A stretch of DNA of 30,585 nt. It comes from a virus (lineage: Duplodnaviria; Caudoviricetes). Of the stretch, positions 16,401 to 23,167 are shown one piece after another (the first letter of the stretch is position 1; every line of letters starts with the position of its first letter). The translations under genes and the position numbers were made by a program. The DNA is taken from positions 1 through 30,585 of IMG/VR virus record IMGVR_UViG_3300032266_001365; one strand, 5' to 3'. The notes under the pieces are model-generated. The model worked only from the letters and a program-made list of their open reading frames with translations, ran no database searches and was not told the DNA's origin.

Positions 16401-18762
16401 TGTTGCAGCGACCTCTAGAGATGGACTAGTTTGGACTTCAAGGTCAGCGACTTTAGGAACCATTACTGTTACTTCTACATCTAAAGATAAAAACGGAGGT
16501 TGGGCTGCTAGAACCCAAACATCGGGCAATTGGTATTCTGTAGGCTACGGTGGCGGAAAATATGTTGCTGTGAGAGGAAATCCTAATATTGGTGTGTCAT
16601 ATTCAACTGATGGGATTTCCTGGAACAATGCCACTGGTATCACTACCAATACCGATGACATAAGATCTGTAGCATATGGTAATGGCCTATGGGTTATTCC
16701 TTATTATGCATCTAACGATGTTATGACATCACCCGACGGTGTTACCTGGACTTACCAAAGTAATGTGTTAACTGCTACAAGAAACTGGGTATCTGTAGCA
16801 TATGGCAATGGCAGATTTGTTATTGTGGCAGATAGTTCAACCACAGTCCAATACTCATCTAATGGTACAACATGGGCTGCAGGCGCATTGCCTAGTAGTG
16901 ATGAATGGACTAGTGTGGCATATGGCCAAATAGGAGCCACTAATTATTTTGTTGCTGTCAGCGGTAGTACAGCTAATTCTACAGCAGCAGCCAGCTCCAC
17001 TGACGGTGGCCAAACATGGACTGCAAGAACTATCGCATCAAATCGTTGGAGTTCTGTGACATTTGGTAACAGCAGATTTGTAGCAGTTGCTGGAAATTCA
17101 GGAACTACCACTACAGTAGCAGCTTACAGTACAAACGGAACTTCTTGGACAACATCGACATTACCAGGAGCAGCAGCTAGATGGAATAATGTTCATTGGA
17201 ACGGCAGCGTGTTTGTGGCCACGGCCTATAACAGTGCTAGGTCGGCAATATCGGAAAACGGTATTACTTGGACTGAAATAGCTATGACTACTTCGGCTAA
17301 TTGGACAGCTTCTGCATCGGACGGTGCTTATAACAGCGTGGCTATAGCTTATGCCGGTACTGCCGTTCATAACTTGTTCTATCAAGCAAACACAAACTAT
17401 GTCACGGCAGTCTCTACCACTAACTTATCAGTGAATGATACCTTAGAATTTACCGGAACACAGTTTGGAAATATCATAACCAACGGAGTTCCGCCGGAAA
17501 CAAGAAGATATTATGTAACGGCTATTATTAGTTCCACAGAATTCACATTGTCCACTTCTCTGAGAGGCAGTGATTTGGTACTGTCTTCGGGGTCAGGCAC
17601 AATGTCAGGAACCATAGGAAAGCTATATTCTACAGTGGTATTCGGAGATCCCAACACCAATCAAGGATTTATAGCATTGAGCCGCGGCGGAAGAAAAGGA
17701 ATGGCATTTTATGCCGGTGTGCCTGCTATTGGTAGAGCATGGGTAGCGGATAATAAGCTGCAGGAAATTTGGATACATGAACCTGGATCTAACTATTCTA
17801 GTGCCCCGACTATCACCATTACTGACCCGAATAATACAGGTGCAGACGCTACTTCTCAGGTCAGAATCGCAAATGGTGTATTGGCACAACCTAGCTTTAG
17901 TAATAGAGGATCTGCTTATACCGCAGCATCTGCAACTATTACAGGCGACGGACTTGCCGATAATTATCAAACTGGAGCATTTGTTGAATTTATAAATCTA
18001 AGTGCTGTTCCAGTAGCTGGATCAAACCTTCAAATCGCTGGCATCGACGATGTTTATTATAAGACTGTAAACATAAGAAGCCTAAGACGCACAGGTTCCA
18101 CTTATACTGCGCAACTTCAAGTAAGTCCAAGACTAGGTACATTGGAATCACCGGATCATTTGACAGCGAGTTCAATTAGACGAAGATATTCTCAGGTTCG
18201 ACTAACTGGTCATGACTTCTTAGACATAGGTACCGGTAATCAGACTACGACCAATTATCCAGCATTACCGCTGACAGGATATGATCCTATACCTGCTAAC
18301 GAAACTGTAGACAGCGGCGGTGGTCGTGTATTCTTTACCAGCACCGACCAAGACGGTAATTTTAGAGTTGGCGGTTTGTTCAACGTTGAACAAAGCACTG
18401 GTACTGCAACACTAAATGCAGATGCATTTAACCTAGCAGGTCTTAACGAACTAAGTTTGGGTACATTGGCCTTGGGAGGCGGAGGCGCAACGATCACTGA
18501 ATTCTCAACAGATCCGTTCTTTACTGCCGATTCCGATTCAGTCATCCCTACTCAACGTGCGATAAAAGCCTATATTGCTGGTCAGATCGGTGGCGGCGGC
18601 TCAAGTTTGAACGTAAATACCTTGACAGCAGGGGTGATTTTTATAGCAGGACAGACTATTACTACTACAACAAATGTTCAAATAAACATAAATAGTAAGG
18701 TTAACTTTACAGCCGGTGTTGATGGATATCCTGTCGCACTAAACTTATTTTTACAAGCATAA
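10429..18762 (+). CDS. Giant tail fibre/spike protein (2777 aa): 8 CBM5/12-like repeats, four helical (phycobiliprotein-like) repeats, beta-helix-like region, two beta-propellers
   Basis: GGAG SD; MAEFKLGRIRFVWK N-terminus and YSQVRLTGHDFLDIG...STDQDGNFRVG...EFSTDP...PTQRAIKAY C-terminus shared with 4927. Confidence 0.85.
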   Translation: MAEFKLGRIRFVWKQDWTTGTEYYKDDVVSYGGTTFICVKGHLAAADFYTDLEVSPPKWNKFADGQEWRGDWTAQTLYRKNDLVKYGGLVYICSVGHTSGSLSVGLEGALNLNDSTLSKWELYAESFEWRAEWANSQKYRERDIVKYGAINYVCKEGHTSASTIALGLENDLSKWDVLSEGTAWTGDWLVATRYKKNDVVKYGGQTFICIIGHTSASTVALGLENDQNKWDYFNKGFEYKGNWSGATKYKVNDLVKYGSGTWRCNTNHTSAGTFNVTYFEQFVKGIEFEGFWSSSVTYQPGDIVRYGGYSYIAKTVHINVLPTDTNNWDLFATSFKFEGDYSAGTTYLPGQVVRHGGYTYTCILSGTGQNPETSSSYWSRLNSGLRWRGEWVNSAVYLLGDIVKWNAGSYVCVLGHTSDDDDSTITPTSNSPGKDSGGVYWNLITGGLEDSVLTTVGDLVYYAPSGPSRLPIGTEGQILSIVNGLPAWKHWGKTNYVYYVAPHGVDTPYPVQGATLDKPWLTIRYASEQIEKGTEYSAAGYLLKQNRTFVQKEIVEWVNYQIANPTGIWVSFTNANVASCQRDMGLIIDALIYDLTHGGNARTIEVTRTYFNAAGTQLVTPMQNEYLQSAAAINYGITVIASVLANLAPAVNYQTLNGISVGSRIKQIIDFSYSAETGASSITSSLAQIVTSSLTATNLSGLPVTDQPQYTINVKTGQFYEVLPILVPKHTAIVGDELRSTRISPQVKLISNNDKAKSVSVLQRLQSITPNIIANTAVTPTTGNTVTQNRTSQIAGSIGSTTAVTSVVNNVAEIKDIFVNGLGSADAYVRPTPTGGSNNAYTAGFFDGARLINANRAFIISEVSAWINLQITNSVTEFVGFSYSGTTQTNNERAIGYLVDALVYDLTYGGNLATQIRARSYYSFGTFVGALGTTARSLLVKARIKSFIDNIVIADTAGWTKTTGLSQTVTGPAGSAGAATAAQARVQEIYDTINTGTTPTTIAPDITWPAVAILTAAAQLLAAKSTIQTDAVAYVKREFPTLKFDETVCSRDVGYMIDALIYDLRFGSNYLSIQSGISYYYGTTSTLLVLAQQSAATQAILNYLSKRAGFVVASGSTVLADLLFTDIINYVNTGTRPLITGTNTPVESIDQINGARILELNKAFMMAEATAYANNTFKATVTASNGTSETFTCATQTWMVAGDTVRFSGSVFGGINTTTTYYILASGLTSTSFKVSTQLNGTAVDLSTVASGSMTVSWYYSQARCQNDVSNYVDSIVKDIIYPGNFNSVTAARYYRNALTGSKLEDMFYVKNACGLRNCTLTGLDGTSDGNTAGAGDADGLTSANSYGTQRPLAGAYVSLDPGWGPTDTRVWVTNKSTYVQNVTTFGTGCVGQKIDGSLHAGGNDSIVSNDFTQVLSDGIGAWVTNLGRAELVSVFSYYNHIGYLAENGGKIRATNGNNSYGTFGSVAEGFDITETAITGNVNNRAFQANVRNVITTGSTVQVLEYGNAGQNYSLANVSIGGAGSGAIAVGNEIRFGGVFQVRLTDPGDSSGIGGTGYVTANNVAQGGNTTQITLAAADTAISTAYVGMAIFITSGTGAGQYGYIQTYNAGNKVATVRKYSTGTAGWDHVVPGTPIVSALDLTTIYDITPRITFTDPPYSTAIRSLPSTLDWNDVVFGDAYGSYTTVATTTNGSGLAATVNVVRRLGAYTVTINSGGTGYAVGNTLTVSGALVGGTNPANNITMTITGIDSIDTSVLTVTVSGTAISPAYIAVSGGSSTAGYSADGITWSTVSLPTAREWIAIDYGRVSNIGTYLAVARDSAFAAYSTDGINWTSSNIGEGGDWIDVAYGNGKFVAVSESDSSVTTRAVTSNGGQTWSVGSITNGAVAIAYGNGKWVEVEGNFSNTASYSSDGIAWSSTAVMPANADSTESNWRSLAFGNNRWVAIADNNGQTAYSLTGTTWIAGGQLPLNADWRKIAYGNGVFLALGDGGVAATSRDGLVWTSRSATLGTITVTSTSKDKNGGWAARTQTSGNWYSVGYGGGKYVAVRGNPNIGVSYSTDGISWNNATGITTNTDDIRSVAYGNGLWVIPYYASNDVMTSPDGVTWTYQSNVLTATRNWVSVAYGNGRFVIVADSSTTVQYSSNGTTWAAGALPSSDEWTSVAYGQIGATNYFVAVSGSTANSTAAASSTDGGQTWTARTIASNRWSSVTFGNSRFVAVAGNSGTTTTVAAYSTNGTSWTTSTLPGAAARWNNVHWNGSVFVATAYNSARSAISENGITWTEIAMTTSANWTASASDGAYNSVAIAYAGTAVHNLFYQANTNYVTAVSTTNLSVNDTLEFTGTQFGNIITNGVPPETRRYYVTAIISSTEFTLSTSLRGSDLVLSSGSGTMSGTIGKLYSTVVFGDPNTNQGFIALSRGGRKGMAFYAGVPAIGRAWVADNKLQEIWIHEPGSNYSSAPTITITDPNNTGADATSQVRIANGVLAQPSFSNRGSAYTAASATITGDGLADNYQTGAFVEFINLSAVPVAGSNLQIAGIDDVYYKTVNIRSLRRTGSTYTAQLQVSPRLGTLESPDHLTASSIRRRYSQVRLTGHDFLDIGTGNQTTTNYPALPLTGYDPIPANETVDSGGGRVFFTSTDQDGNFRVGGLFNVEQSTGTATLNADAFNLAGLNELSLGTLALGGGGATITEFSTDPFFTADSDSVIPTQRAIKAYIAGQIGGGGSSLNVNTLTAGVIFIAGQTITTTTNVQININSKVNFTAGVDGYPVALNLFLQA
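10465..11760 (+). repeat. 8 tandem CBM5/12-like protein repeats
   Basis: Eight units with the same consensus as in the 4927 protein. Confidence 0.75.
15442..17712 (+). repeat. About 14 beta-propeller blade repeats (two propellers)
   Basis: Recurrent WxxVAYGNGxFVAV and SxDGxxW units. Confidence 0.7.
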
Positions 18763-18775
18763 TGGAGATATTTAA

Positions 18776-19096
18776 ATGGCAACAGGAAGATTAGGCGTAA
18801 GTGATTTGGTAGCGGGATCAAATACCACTGTTTATACAGTGCCCGCTGGTTATTTTGCCGTGGTCAGTGTGTCGATCTGTAACAGATCAAACGGAGCAGG
18901 ATCGGTTCGTATGGCATCAGCTACAGCAGATACACCCACAAATGCAGAATGGCTTGAATTTGATACTGAAATTCCAGGTCGAGGCGTTCTGGAACGTACC
19001 GGTATAATTATAGGATCCGGTCAAAAGATTGTTGTTCGATCGTCAATTGCAAACGTCAATGCGGTTGTCTTTGGCATCGAGACTTCAACGACATAA
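18776..19096 (+). CDS. Small phage structural protein (106 aa)
   Basis: GGAG SD; TTVYTVP...SICNR...EFD..IP..GVLERTGI..G.GQKIVV pattern; related to 1069 and 4198. Confidence 0.7.
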   Translation: MATGRLGVSDLVAGSNTTVYTVPAGYFAVVSVSICNRSNGAGSVRMASATADTPTNAEWLEFDTEIPGRGVLERTGIIIGSGQKIVVRSSIANVNAVVFGIETSTT

Positions 19097-19099
19097 ATA
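19092..19099 (+). promoter_or_regulatory. Possible late promoter (CATAAATA) overlapping the stop codon
   Basis: 7/8 match to TATAAATA, 18 nt upstream of the ATG at 19118. Confidence 0.5.
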
Positions 19100-19117
19100 T
19101 ATTCAAGAGGAATAAAA

Positions 19118-19441
19118 ATGGGACGATATATAACAACAACCGGTACAGCACAAAATGTAACAAGAACTGTAGGTACTACTTATAGTGCAGTGGTTAACGA
19201 CAGAATTATCTGCACCACTGGCGGATTTACTATTACTTTACCGATTTCTACGTCATTGATTGAAAATGATACCATTCAAATCATCGATGCCACAGGAGTC
19301 GCTGCTAGTAGTAATATCACTGTAGCTAGAAATGGTGCAAAAATCCAAAACTTAGCTGAAGATCTAACAATCAACGTAAACAATGCATGTGTAACACTGG
19401 TCTATACCGGTGCTACCTATGGTTGGTTAATCACAAGATAA
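19118..19441 (+). CDS. Small tail-fibre domain protein (107 aa), resembling the T4 gp34 proximal-fibre repeat unit
   Basis: GAGGA SD; FTITLP...DxIxIIDAxG....NITVxRNGxKI....DLxI.....LVYxGxxYGW motif recognised from T4-like fibre proteins. Confidence 0.6.
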   Translation: MGRYITTTGTAQNVTRTVGTTYSAVVNDRIICTTGGFTITLPISTSLIENDTIQIIDATGVAASSNITVARNGAKIQNLAEDLTINVNNACVTLVYTGATYGWLITR

Positions 19442-19454
19442 GGCGTGATCCAAT

Positions 19455-20216
19455 ATGGCTGATCTCAGAAATTATCTGGTAAACACTCCAGCAGCAGTGA
19501 ATTCAAGGCACAGCGACAACACCTTGTCTGTTTATAACGTTAACGTTGACAGCCATCTCAACGGTGGCCAATGTTGTTGCTGGGTAGTTCCGTCCGGAGT
19601 ATCATGGGCTGTGTTTGAAGTCTGGGGAGCCGGCGGCTCGGGCGGCGGCGCTTGCTGCTGCATGGGGCACTACTATGGTCCATCTAATGGATCTTATGCC
19701 AAACGATCCTTACAGGTCACATCTGGCAGCTATTTCTGCATTTGCGCAGGAAGTTCTGGCTGTTGTAGTCAACAGTGCTGTGGATTATGCGGATTCCCGA
19801 GTTATGTGCTATGCAGCAATGGTACTAATGTCAGTTGTTCACCCGGCGGCTGCGGCGGCTGTGTTCTATGCTTTAGAAGTTATCAAGGCTGTACAGGAAT
19901 CTGCTGGGGCATGTGCAATCTAGGTTGTTATTCAACGGGCTATGATTATGCTGCGGTAAATACCACTAGCCAAAATCACGTGTCTAATTATTGCTGGCAA
20001 AACATGTTTGAATGGAACGGTGGTTCTAACAAACTTGCTAACAACACAAGGCTGGGGCTGGATCACTGCGTGACTTCTTTGACTATACAAGGGTACAACG
20101 CATTTGGGCCAGCCAAATTCCCCGGGGGAGTAGGCAACAGTGCCACAGCCTGCGGAGGTGGATGCTGCTGGGGTTCCTGGGGTGCAGGTGGCCTTGTTCT
20201 GATCACATACGGATAA
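19455..20216 (+). CDS. Gly-rich/Cys-rich adhesin-like protein A (gp38-like glycine-rich domain)
   Basis: WVVPSG...FEVWGAGGSGGG...GSY...G(G)GLVLITY framework of phage glycine-rich adhesin domains; 27 Cys in 253 aa by manual count. Confidence 0.7.
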   Translation: MADLRNYLVNTPAAVNSRHSDNTLSVYNVNVDSHLNGGQCCCWVVPSGVSWAVFEVWGAGGSGGGACCCMGHYYGPSNGSYAKRSLQVTSGSYFCICAGSSGCCSQQCCGLCGFPSYVLCSNGTNVSCSPGGCGGCVLCFRSYQGCTGICWGMCNLGCYSTGYDYAAVNTTSQNHVSNYCWQNMFEWNGGSNKLANNTRLGLDHCVTSLTIQGYNAFGPAKFPGGVGNSATACGGGCCWGSWGAGGLVLITYG

Positions 20217-20217
20217 A

Positions 20218-20889
20218 ATGGAAGAAATTAAAATGATAGAAAACACAACAATCGTAAAAACCTTTACCTATGCCATAGCTGATGCTTATCTGTATCAGAC
20301 CAGCAGACTTCAAAAAACAGCCGAGTGGACTTACAAAGGACCTAGATATCTTTGGATCTTCATTGACGAGAATACTCACAGAATCACTGCAAGATTTCAT
20401 TATACAGAAAGAGACAACGGAGAAACCGTGCCTACACCAGCAGGCATGATCAAGGTCAAGGTCGATGCTGCTGTGAATCCAGATATCGCCAGCCTCTTGC
20501 ACAACGAATATATCTACGGCGACCTCCCTCATACACTAGAACATCTTCCAGAAAATACCACATATGGTCATCCTGACCCAATACCTCCAGATCACACCTA
20601 CGAGTTGACCGAAATTGAGTATGATCTAGCAAACCATAGATTCAAAAAGCCATATCCCTGGAAGAAACCACACATGGATTGGGAAACACTGCTGAATGCA
20701 AGGAACGTTGCACTCGGCACCAGCGATGTAAAACTGGCCCAAGCTCCAGCTGACCAAAGAGTGGCCTGGGAAACCTATAGACAAAAACTAAGAGATCTAC
20801 CCGATACCTTTAGGGGGATCGATCCTTGGAAAGTAACATTTCCTCCAGCTCCCGACGAGATTGGAGCACCATTAAAGACAGGAGAGTGA
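20218..20889 (+). CDS. Tail-fibre assembly chaperone-like protein 1 (alternative start at 20233)
   Basis: C-terminal RNxxLxxSD...WxxYRQxLRDLP...V.FP..P, the phage tail assembly chaperone signature; paralogue of 22414. Confidence 0.75.
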   Translation: MEEIKMIENTTIVKTFTYAIADAYLYQTSRLQKTAEWTYKGPRYLWIFIDENTHRITARFHYTERDNGETVPTPAGMIKVKVDAAVNPDIASLLHNEYIYGDLPHTLEHLPENTTYGHPDPIPPDHTYELTEIEYDLANHRFKKPYPWKKPHMDWETLLNARNVALGTSDVKLAQAPADQRVAWETYRQKLRDLPDTFRGIDPWKVTFPPAPDEIGAPLKTGE

Positions 20890-20893
20890 TCAA

Positions 20894-21646
20894 ATGTCAG
20901 ATCTAAGAGCCTTATTTGCAGACGGAGTGTTTGTCTCGTTGACAGCGGCTGCTAATACATGGAGTCAACTCTATGTATACAACACCAACACTGACAGCGT
21001 CAACAACGGAGGCCGTTGCTGCCTATGGACGGTGCCTGCAAACGTAGGCTGGGCACGATTTGAAGTCTGGGGCGGCGGTGGAGACGGAGGTGGCGCTTGC
21101 TGTTGCCAACAGCCTAGCCAAGGCGGAGGTTCCGGTACATATGCTCGCAAGACCATACAGGTTGTGCCGGGTCAGACCTATACAATCTGCGCAGGTGGCT
21201 CGGGTTGTTGTTCCCAAGCCAGCAGCGGTACTTCAGGTTTTCCAAGCTATGCCTGTAATGCCACAGCTACTTATCCATTGGCTTTATGCGCCAGTGGCGG
21301 CAAGGGCGGTGAAAGTTGTTGTTTTGCAGCCATCGGTGGTAATTATTCCTGTGCCACAGTGATCTGCGGCTGCTCCTGCGGGCATGATTTTGCATTGTGT
21401 GGCCTCACTGGATCTGCCCACCAATCATGGTGTGGCTTTGATGCTTGGCAATATGCTCCCCAGGGCACTTATATTGGTGCTGGTACAAAAGTGGGAAGCA
21501 CTCACTGCGGTGAATGGTGGATGGGTTGCGGGCTCATTGGAGGCAGCACATTTCCGGGAGGTGGCGGCGGTACAGCTATTAGCTATGGTGGTTGTTGCTG
21601 GGGTGGTTGGGGCGCTGGCGGCATGGTTTTGATAACCTACAAATAA
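20894..21646 (+). CDS. Gly-rich/Cys-rich adhesin-like protein B
   Basis: GGAG SD; NGGRCCLWTVP...FEVWGGGGDGGGACCC...FPGGGG...GAGGMVLITY; 22 Cys in 250 aa. Confidence 0.7.
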   Translation: MSDLRALFADGVFVSLTAAANTWSQLYVYNTNTDSVNNGGRCCLWTVPANVGWARFEVWGGGGDGGGACCCQQPSQGGGSGTYARKTIQVVPGQTYTICAGGSGCCSQASSGTSGFPSYACNATATYPLALCASGGKGGESCCFAAIGGNYSCATVICGCSCGHDFALCGLTGSAHQSWCGFDAWQYAPQGTYIGAGTKVGSTHCGEWWMGCGLIGGSTFPGGGGGTAISYGGCCWGGWGAGGMVLITYK

Positions 21647-21656
21647 GGAATTCACA

Positions 21657-22409
21657 ATGTCAAATTTAAGATCGTTATTAAACACCATTCCAGTTACTGT
21701 AATACAAAATATTCCGGTAGAATTACTAATATACAATACAAACGTTGATACACCCAGCAATGGTGGTCGCTGCTGCCAATTTACAGTGCCCGCAGGCGCG
21801 ACTTTTGTAAAGTTTGAAATGTGGGGTGGTGGCGGTGGCGGTGGCGGCTCATGCTGTTGCCAGCATGGAGCTCCAGGAGGCTCGGGCGCCTATGCGGTAA
21901 AAACCGTTGTTAGTACAACTCTCGCAGGTTGCCAATACACAATATGTGCTGGTGGGACCACTGGTACATCGCCGGTCTGCATTGGATGTCCGGGCTGTGA
22001 CAGTTTTATAACGGGTTATGGACTCACAAACTTTTGCGCTCGTGGCGGCGCCTATGGCGACACACACTGCTTTTATAGTTTTTGCTATACCTGCTGCATT
22101 CCTTACTCTTATTGCTGCTGTGCGTATGGAGGCGATGTCTGTATCCCAGGCACGCAATCGACTTACAATACATATAGCTGGTGTGCCCAAGGATTCCAAC
22201 AAAATGCCATGTTGGCAGCAGCCACTGCCAGCGGACCCATGTATGGTCCAGGCGGATGTATCAATGGAGGTCCAAACGGATCTTGTACCAATTGGTTCAC
22301 TAAATCCTATTTTCCAGGAGGTGGCGGCATGAGTGCGCAAACACATGGTGGAAACTGTTGGTGCGGCGGCCACGGCGCCGGTGGACTAATTTCAATTACT
22401 TACGGATAA
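21657..22409 (+). CDS. Gly-rich/Cys-rich adhesin-like protein C
   Basis: AAGGA SD; NGGRCCQFTVP...FEMWGGGGGGGGSCCC...FPGGGG...GAGGLISITY; 24 Cys in 250 aa. Confidence 0.7.
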   Translation: MSNLRSLLNTIPVTVIQNIPVELLIYNTNVDTPSNGGRCCQFTVPAGATFVKFEMWGGGGGGGGSCCCQHGAPGGSGAYAVKTVVSTTLAGCQYTICAGGTTGTSPVCIGCPGCDSFITGYGLTNFCARGGAYGDTHCFYSFCYTCCIPYSYCCCAYGGDVCIPGTQSTYNTYSWCAQGFQQNAMLAAATASGPMYGPGGCINGGPNGSCTNWFTKSYFPGGGGMSAQTHGGNCWCGGHGAGGLISITYG

Positions 22410-22413
22410 TAAC

Positions 22414-23067
22414 ATGGCAAAAATTGAAAAAACATTTACATATCCAATTCCAGACGATTATCTATCTCAGACTAGAACCCTAGACAAGGTTGGAATTTGG
22501 ACCTATAATGGACACGATACCATATGGGTGTTTGTGGACCAAGCGACCAATAGATTAAATGGCAGCTTTAAGACCCCGGACGAGAACGGAGAAACATATC
22601 CAACTCCCGTAGATCAGATCAAGGTAAAAATAGACTGTAATCAAGATCCTCTTATTGCTTGCTTGGTGGGAGCTGATGAAATTCCAGACTATGCTATATT
22701 GGATCAGCATGAAGAAACTCTCCCTGACGGTACTGTATATACAAGACCTCTAGTCCCTCCACCCGATCATACCTATGAGTTTTTGGAAATCGAATATGAT
22801 CCTACCACACAAGAATTTGTAAAACCCTATCCATGGAAAAAACCTCATATAACATGGCAAGATATCAGAGAATGGCGAAACAGGAGTTTAGCCATCACTG
22901 ATCATCGAGAAGCAAGCGACATGACAGAAAATCTAAGAGCCCAATGGCAGCAGTATAGACAAGCTCTGAGAGATATTCCACAGACACATGGAGCAGCACC
23001 TGGCGGAACGCCGATCACAGAACCTTGGAAAATAAAACCCTTCCAAGCTCCGGACAGCACGGAATAA
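22414..23067 (+). CDS. Tail-fibre assembly chaperone-like protein 2
   Basis: RNxxLxxTD...WQQYRQALRDIP signature; shares KTFTY, NGETxPTP, PPDHTYE and KPYPWKKPH with 20218. Confidence 0.75.
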   Translation: MAKIEKTFTYPIPDDYLSQTRTLDKVGIWTYNGHDTIWVFVDQATNRLNGSFKTPDENGETYPTPVDQIKVKIDCNQDPLIACLVGADEIPDYAILDQHEETLPDGTVYTRPLVPPPDHTYEFLEIEYDPTTQEFVKPYPWKKPHITWQDIREWRNRSLAITDHREASDMTENLRAQWQQYRQALRDIPQTHGAAPGGTPITEPWKIKPFQAPDSTE

Positions 23068-23068
23068 T

Positions 23069-23094
23069 AAAAAGGACCCTGGGGTCCTTTTTTT
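23069..23094 (+). terminator. Rho-independent terminator (possibly bidirectional)
   Basis: AAAAA-GGACC-CTGG-GGTCC-TTTTTTT directly after the stop of 22414. Confidence 0.9.
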
Positions 23095-23167
23095 AATTCA
23101 AGACTATTGTTCTCTAGTTTAAAAGATGCTAAATTAATAGTGTCTTATAATATTTTAGGAATGATAT

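Noticed and set aside
835-18545. Many short minus-strand and alternate-frame ORFs in the ORF track
   Set aside because: All overlap well-supported + strand genes and none resembles a protein family I recognise
21849-22373. 174-aa antisense ORF and other overlapping ORFs across 19615-22373
   Set aside because: Shadow frames caused by Gly/Cys-rich, GC-rich codons of the sense genes; no recognisable motifs
19455-22409. Horizontally acquired high-GC island or RiPP precursors
   Set aside because: The higher GC follows from amino-acid composition; the proteins are 250-aa folded-domain types with no leader/core layout
23146-23151. Sigma70 promoter (TATAAT) for the enzyme cassette
   Set aside because: No -35 at proper spacing and no TGn extension in an AT-rich gap; a degenerate late box (GCTAAATT, 23128) is equally possible, so it is left uncalled
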